Assembly (NCBI RefSeq): GCF_009914755.1 | Contig: NC_060947.1 | Reading direction: 5' to 3' (one strand) | Origin: the human T2T-CHM13v2.0 reference genome, Homo sapiens | DNA length: 64,000 nt | In this document: in pieces, positions 58,853-64,000 of the stretch | Layout of the letters: the number at the start of each line of letters is the position of its first letter | Position numbering within the stretch: position 1 is the first letter of the stretch | Made by a program: the position numbers and the translations under genes | The notes under the pieces: generated by a model | Seen by the model: only the letters and a program-made list of their open reading frames with translations | What the model was told of the DNA's origin: nothing | The model's database searches: none

Positions 58853-60620
58853 TTGGTGACCGATCATGCACCCCTTACAATCTCATTAAAACCTAATCAC
58901 CCTTACCCCCGTCAATGCCAATATCCCATCCCACAGCATGCTTTAAAAAGATTAAAGCCTGTTATCACTCGCCTGCTACAGCATGGCCTTTTAAAGCCTA
59001 TAAACTCTCCTTACCATTCCCCCATTTTACCTGTCCTAAAACCAGACAAGGCTTACAGGTTAGTTCAGAATCTGCACCTTATCAACCAAATTGTTTTGCC
59101 TATCCACCCCATGGTGCCAAATCCATATACTCTCCTATCCTCAATACCTCCCTCTACAACCCATTATTCTGTTCTGGATCTCAAACATGCTTTCTTTACT
59201 ATTCCTTTGCACCCTTCATCCCAGCGTCTCTTCGCTTTCACTTAGACTGACCCTGACACCCATTAGGCTCAGCAAATTACCTGGGCTGTACTGCCGCAAG
59301 GCTTCACAGACAGACCCCATTACTTCAGTCAAGCCCAAGTTTCATCCTCATCTGTTACCTATCTCAGCATAATTCTCATAAAAACACACGTGCTCTCCCT
59401 GCTGATCATGTCCAATTAATCTCCCAAACCTCAATTCTTTACAAAACAACAACTCCTTTCCTTCCTAGGCATGGTTAGTGCGGTCAGAATTCTTACACAA
59501 GAGCCAGGACCACACCCTGTAGCCTTTCTGTCCAAATAACTTAACCTTACTGTTTTAGCCTAGCCCTCATGTCTGCGTGCAGCGGCTGCCACTGCTTTAA
59601 TACTTTTAGAGACCCTAAAAATCACAAACTATGTTCAACTCACTCTCTACATTTCTCATAACTTCCAAAATCTATTTTCTTCCTCACACCTGATGCATAT
59701 ACTTTCTGCTCCCTGGCTCCTTCAGCTGTACTCACTCTTTGTTAAGTCCCACAATTACCATTGTTCCTGGCCCGGACTTCAATCCGGCCTCCCACATTAT
59801 TCCTGATACCACACCTGACCCCCATGACTGTATCTCTCTGATCCACCTGACATTCACCCCATTTCCCCATATTTCCTTCTTTCCCATTCCTCACCCTGAT
59901 CACGCTTGATTTATTGATGGCAGTTCCACCAGGCCTAATTGCCACACACCAGCAAAGGCAGACTATGCTATAGTACAAGCCACTAGCCCGCCTCTTAGAA
60001 CCTCTCATTTCCTTTCCATCGTGGAAATCTATCCCCAAGGAAATAACTTCTCAGTGTTCCATCTGCTATTCTACTAATCCTCAGGGATTATTCAGGCCCC
60101 CTCCCTTCCCTACACATCAAGCTTGAGGATTTGCCCCCACCCAGGACTGGCAAATTAGCTTTACTTAACATGCCCCAAGTCAGATAACTAAAATACCTCT
60201 TAGTCTAGGTAGACACTTTCACTGGATAGGTAGATGCCTTTCCTACAGGGTCTGAGAAGGCCACCGTGGTCATTTCTTCCCTTCTGTCAGACATAATTCC
60301 TCGATTTGGCCTTCCCACCTCTATACAGTCCCATAGCAGACCGGCCTTTATTGGTGAAATCAGCCAAGCATTTTTTCAGGCTCTAAGTATTCAGTGAAAC
60401 CTTTATATCCCTTACAGTCCTCAGTCTTCAGGAAAAGTAGAACAGACTAATAGTCTTTTAAAAACACACCTCACCAAGCTCAGCCACCAACTTAAAAAGG
60501 ACTAGACAATACTTTTACCACTTTCCCTTCTCAGAATTCAGGCCTGTCCTCAGAATGCTACAGGGTACAGCCCATTTGAGCTCCTGTATAGATACTCCTT
60601 TTTATTAGGCCCCAGTCTCA
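58853..60620 (+). pseudogene. pol: HERV-H pol remnant (RT start, deletions, integrase fragments)
   Basis: 'SPYHSPILPVLKPDKAYRLVQ', 'SVLDLKHAFFTIPL'; integrase-like 'cctcagtcttcaggaaaagtagaa'; many stops. Confidence 0.9.
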
Positions 60621-61224
60621 TTCCAGACACCAGACCAATTTGGACTGTGCTCCAAAAAACTTGTCATCCCTACTATCTTCTGTCTAGTCATACTCCTATT
60701 CACCGTTCTCAACTACTCATACATGCCCTGCTTTTGTTTACACTGCCGGTTTACACTGTTTCTCCAAGCCATCACAGCTGATATTGGTGCTATCCCCAAA
60801 CTGCCACTCTTAACTCTTAAAGTAAATAATCTTTGCTGGCAGGACTATGCTGAACCTCCTTAGGCACTCTCTAATTAGATGTCCTAGGTCCTCCCAATTC
60901 TTAGACCTTTAACACCTGTTTTTCTCCTTCTCTTATTCCATTTAGTTTTTCAATTCATACAAAACCATATCCAGGCCATTACCAATAATTCTAAATGACA
61001 AATGTTTCTTCTAACAATCCCACAATATCACCCCTTACCACAAAATCTTCCTTCAGCTTAATCTCTCTCACTCTACGTTCCCGTGCCGCCCCTAATCCTG
61101 CTTGAAGCAGCCCTGAGAAACACTGCCCATTCGCTCTCTCCATACCACCCCCAAAAATTTTCACCATCCCAACACTTCAACACTATTTTGTTTTATTTTT
61201 CTTATTAATATAAGAAGGCAGGAA

Positions 61225-61675
61225 TGTCAGGCCTCTGAGCCCAAGCTAAGCCATCGCATCCCCGGTGACTAGCACATATACGCCCAGATGGCCTGAAGTA
61301 ACTGAAGAATCACAAAAGAAGTGAAAATGCCCTGCCCCACCTTAACTGATGACATTCCACCACAAAAGAAATGAAAATGGCCCGTCCTTGCCTTAAGTGA
61401 TGACATTACCTTGTAAAAGTCCTTTTCCTGGCTCATCCTGGCTCAAAAATCTCCCCTACTGAGCACCTTGTGACCCCCACTCCTGCCCGCCAGAGAACAA
61501 CCCCCCTTTGACTGTAATTGTCCTTTACCTATCCAAATCCTATAAAACGGCCCCACCCCTATCTCCCTTTGCTGACTCTCTTTTCGGACTCAGCCCGCCT
61601 GCACCCAGGTGATTAAAAGCTTTATTTCTCACACAAAGCCTGTTTGGTGGTCTCTTCACACAGACGTCCATGAAA
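61225..61675 (+). promoter_or_regulatory. LTR7 3' LTR
   Basis: Matches the 5' LTR; about 17 substitutions and 1 indel by manual count. Confidence 0.95.
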
Positions 61676-62349
61676 ATGAGTATCTATTACTTAATTTCAC
61701 TTTAAGGTTTCAAGTTACCAAAAATATTTTTGAAACTTTGAAGAGTTTATCTATAAACATCTATAGCTATTTTACTTGTTTTTAATAACTATGTTTAAAC
61801 TATTCATGAAAGTTCTATGAGACATTAAACAAAACTAGTTTTTATCTCATGTTATTTCCCCGTTAACCATTTTTGCAGCATGTGAATGTTAGACATTCTT
61901 TCAATCACCTATTCCATTGCCCCAAGAAATTGCTAGCTAGGAAACCCTGAATTTGTACTTTCAAAGGGATGCCTTCCCAGATGAAACAAGTTAAATAATT
62001 TGTAGAACTCAGATCTAAACACTGTTATTTGCCAAAAGAAAAAGAAAGGCATATGTAAAGGTCAAATTAAGACAAGATGATCAGAGAAGTACCTTAAACA
62101 AAGGTAAGGTTTGTTATGTGAACTTTAAGTCCAATATCTTTACTATTGTAAAAGTTTCTAGTGGTTTAGGTGCAAAGAGGGAAATACCCTTACAAATGGA
62201 GATTTCCCATACAGATGTAAATTTCTTTTACAAAGAGTTTCAAAGTAGCTACCTAATTGTCTGGAAGTTGTCTTTTGGAGACCATTTAATTTGATAGGCA
62301 GTCTTTTCAACTTTTCTTGTTTCTTAGCTAGACTTCAACTTGAAGCTCA

Positions 62350-63170
62350 TTAATGAGTAGGCCAAAGAAAAACTGGTAGAAACTTACTGGAGCTTCCCCC
62401 AGAGGACCTTTGGTCCTGGTGGTTAACATAAAGATTATCAGAAGGTGGGCAGCCTCTTTTAGGGGCTTTCCTCAAAATCTCTGGGGACAATGCCTCTTTC
62501 AGTGTCCTAGTTGTTTCTAGGAATGGCAACAATTTTTTGGAAACTGGTGTTTTAGGGGTCATTAATTGGAAAAGTGCCCTGGGGCAGGCCTAAAAGTTAT
62601 TCTAGGTTGTTGGTTGCCATGAACTGAAACACTTTGGGAATGGCTTTCAAATGGTTATTTAAGATCTTTTGGATTTTGCCTGGGCCATAAATAGACCAAG
62701 TAGGGCTTGTCAGGTCCTTGCTATCATTCTCAAGAGAATAATATTCTGCCTCTTTTATCCACTTTTGGGCTTTCTCAGGTCCCACTAACATGTGTATTAG
62801 TTGGTATAGAGCAAGTATCATGGGTCATAAGTTATAATTAAGACCCTGAATCCTTTAGATAACTTTTGAAAGTCTTCCTTAATTTTAGGGTATTTTTAAA
62901 TTATGGCCCTGAGCTCCATTTTTGTCTGGGGACTGTAAGTCACTTGGGGATTGTCTCCAATTTTGGGGTAATTCTAGTCTTATAAGAAAAATGTTTGTTT
63001 TTTTCAGAGAAGAAAGGAAATTCAGACAGAGAGTAGACTGTGAATATTCAGGAGTACACTGTGAATATTCAAGCAAAGTAGGATAAAGGGGAGTGGTAGG
63101 AGTCATGTCAGTTCTATCATCCTTCGTATGGTAAATACCTTGCATTTTTAGCTTTTTATTAGGTTTTTGC
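62350..63170 (-). pseudogene. Decayed gag of the host ERV1
   Basis: 'LYQLIHMLVGPEKAQKWI' and 'PTTPLYPTL' resemble MER4-group gag; fragmented frames. Confidence 0.55.
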
Positions 63171-64000
63171 AATGAGTCTTTTTTAAAAAACTATGTTAAA
63201 ATTCTATTGTCTCTTTGAAGCTTCTGAATGCCAACAAGAATCCTGTTCTTTCTGTGTAATTTGGGAGGCTTGGGATTCAAGTGCTCTTCTTACAGACTTG
63301 TTCATCTGGAATGTTCCACATAATGGCCATGGTAATTCTTAATTATCTTTTGGAAGATTTTGCCAGTTTCATAAATATTTGTAGCTTCCAAGGCCAGAAA
63401 TCTTATACACAAAAACAGGGGCAAGTCTAATGGAAGATGGAGTACTCAGATCTTTCAAAATTAGAAATCTCATTTTTATTTTGATCTCGGGTCTCTCAGA
63501 CCCCAAATGACTTTAGATCTAAGATCTTCTTTACCAACTTCACCAATGATTTTCCAGTTTCTGTCTGAGCAGTCAGATATCTGAGGCCTCCCTTAAGTAA
63601 GCCTGCAAGAAAAAAGATCCCACATATCTGCAAATTCCAAAAGCCAGACTTTATGTCCCATACAGTAATAACCACTTACTGCAACTGCTGTCAGTTACCT
63701 TTAAAACTGCAGTCCTTTACTCTATCTGCAAATGGAGTGCAATCCAAATTTCTGTTTGGCCATATGCCAGCCGAAATTTGGGTGCAACCTACATTTCTGT
63801 CCAGCCATATTCTTACGAGCTTAACTCAAACCTTTTATGGAACCATACAGAAGACATCTCCAAAGAGACAGCAAAATATGCAGCCATTGCCAGTGACTTG
63901 TCAGCCACCACAAATCCAAAAGTCATGTGCCCTGCCACAGCACAAACTAATCCTAGGTATCACAAAATCAAATACTCTCTCACAGCACAAACTAGACTTA

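Larger units (their letters stand above)
55860..61675 (+). mobile_element. HERV-H provirus, common ~5.8-kb deleted form
   Basis: Two LTR7s, His-tRNA PBS, decayed gag/pro/pol, env largely absent, PPT 'aagaaggcaggaa' at 61212-61224, perfect TSD atgag (55855-55859/61676-61680). Confidence 0.97.

Overview
A gene-free, AT-rich, CpG-depleted primate (human-like) genomic window made mostly of transposable elements. I find no credible cellular protein-coding exon, RNA gene or CRISPR array, and all long ORFs lie inside repeats. Bases 1-10.1 kb are largely unique DNA with old relics (L2, MIR, AluJ, mariner-like, MER47A, MLT2) and a few candidate regulatory motifs. Bases 10.5-47.4 kb are an almost continuous pile of nested L1s (L1M/MB, L1PA7-like, L1MA, L1PB, L1ME) carrying Alus, a MER11 LTR, a full THE1 element and a THE1 solo LTR. 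Bases 48.3-64 kb are an old minus-strand ERV1 (MER67-type LTR plus internal region running off the window). It hosts a deleted MER52 LTR, an L1MA fragment, a twin-primed L1PA2-like insertion and a two-LTR HERV-H provirus (LTR7, 5-bp TSD). I cannot support a genuinely novel biological system. The best leads are the HERV-H/LTR7 locus, the read-through L1 RT ORF beside it, one inferred deletion explaining several unclosed elements, a triplicated target site, and out-of-order captured fragments. Subfamily names come from recalled consensus sequences and need RepeatMasker/Dfam confirmation. Boundaries of old repeats are approximate.
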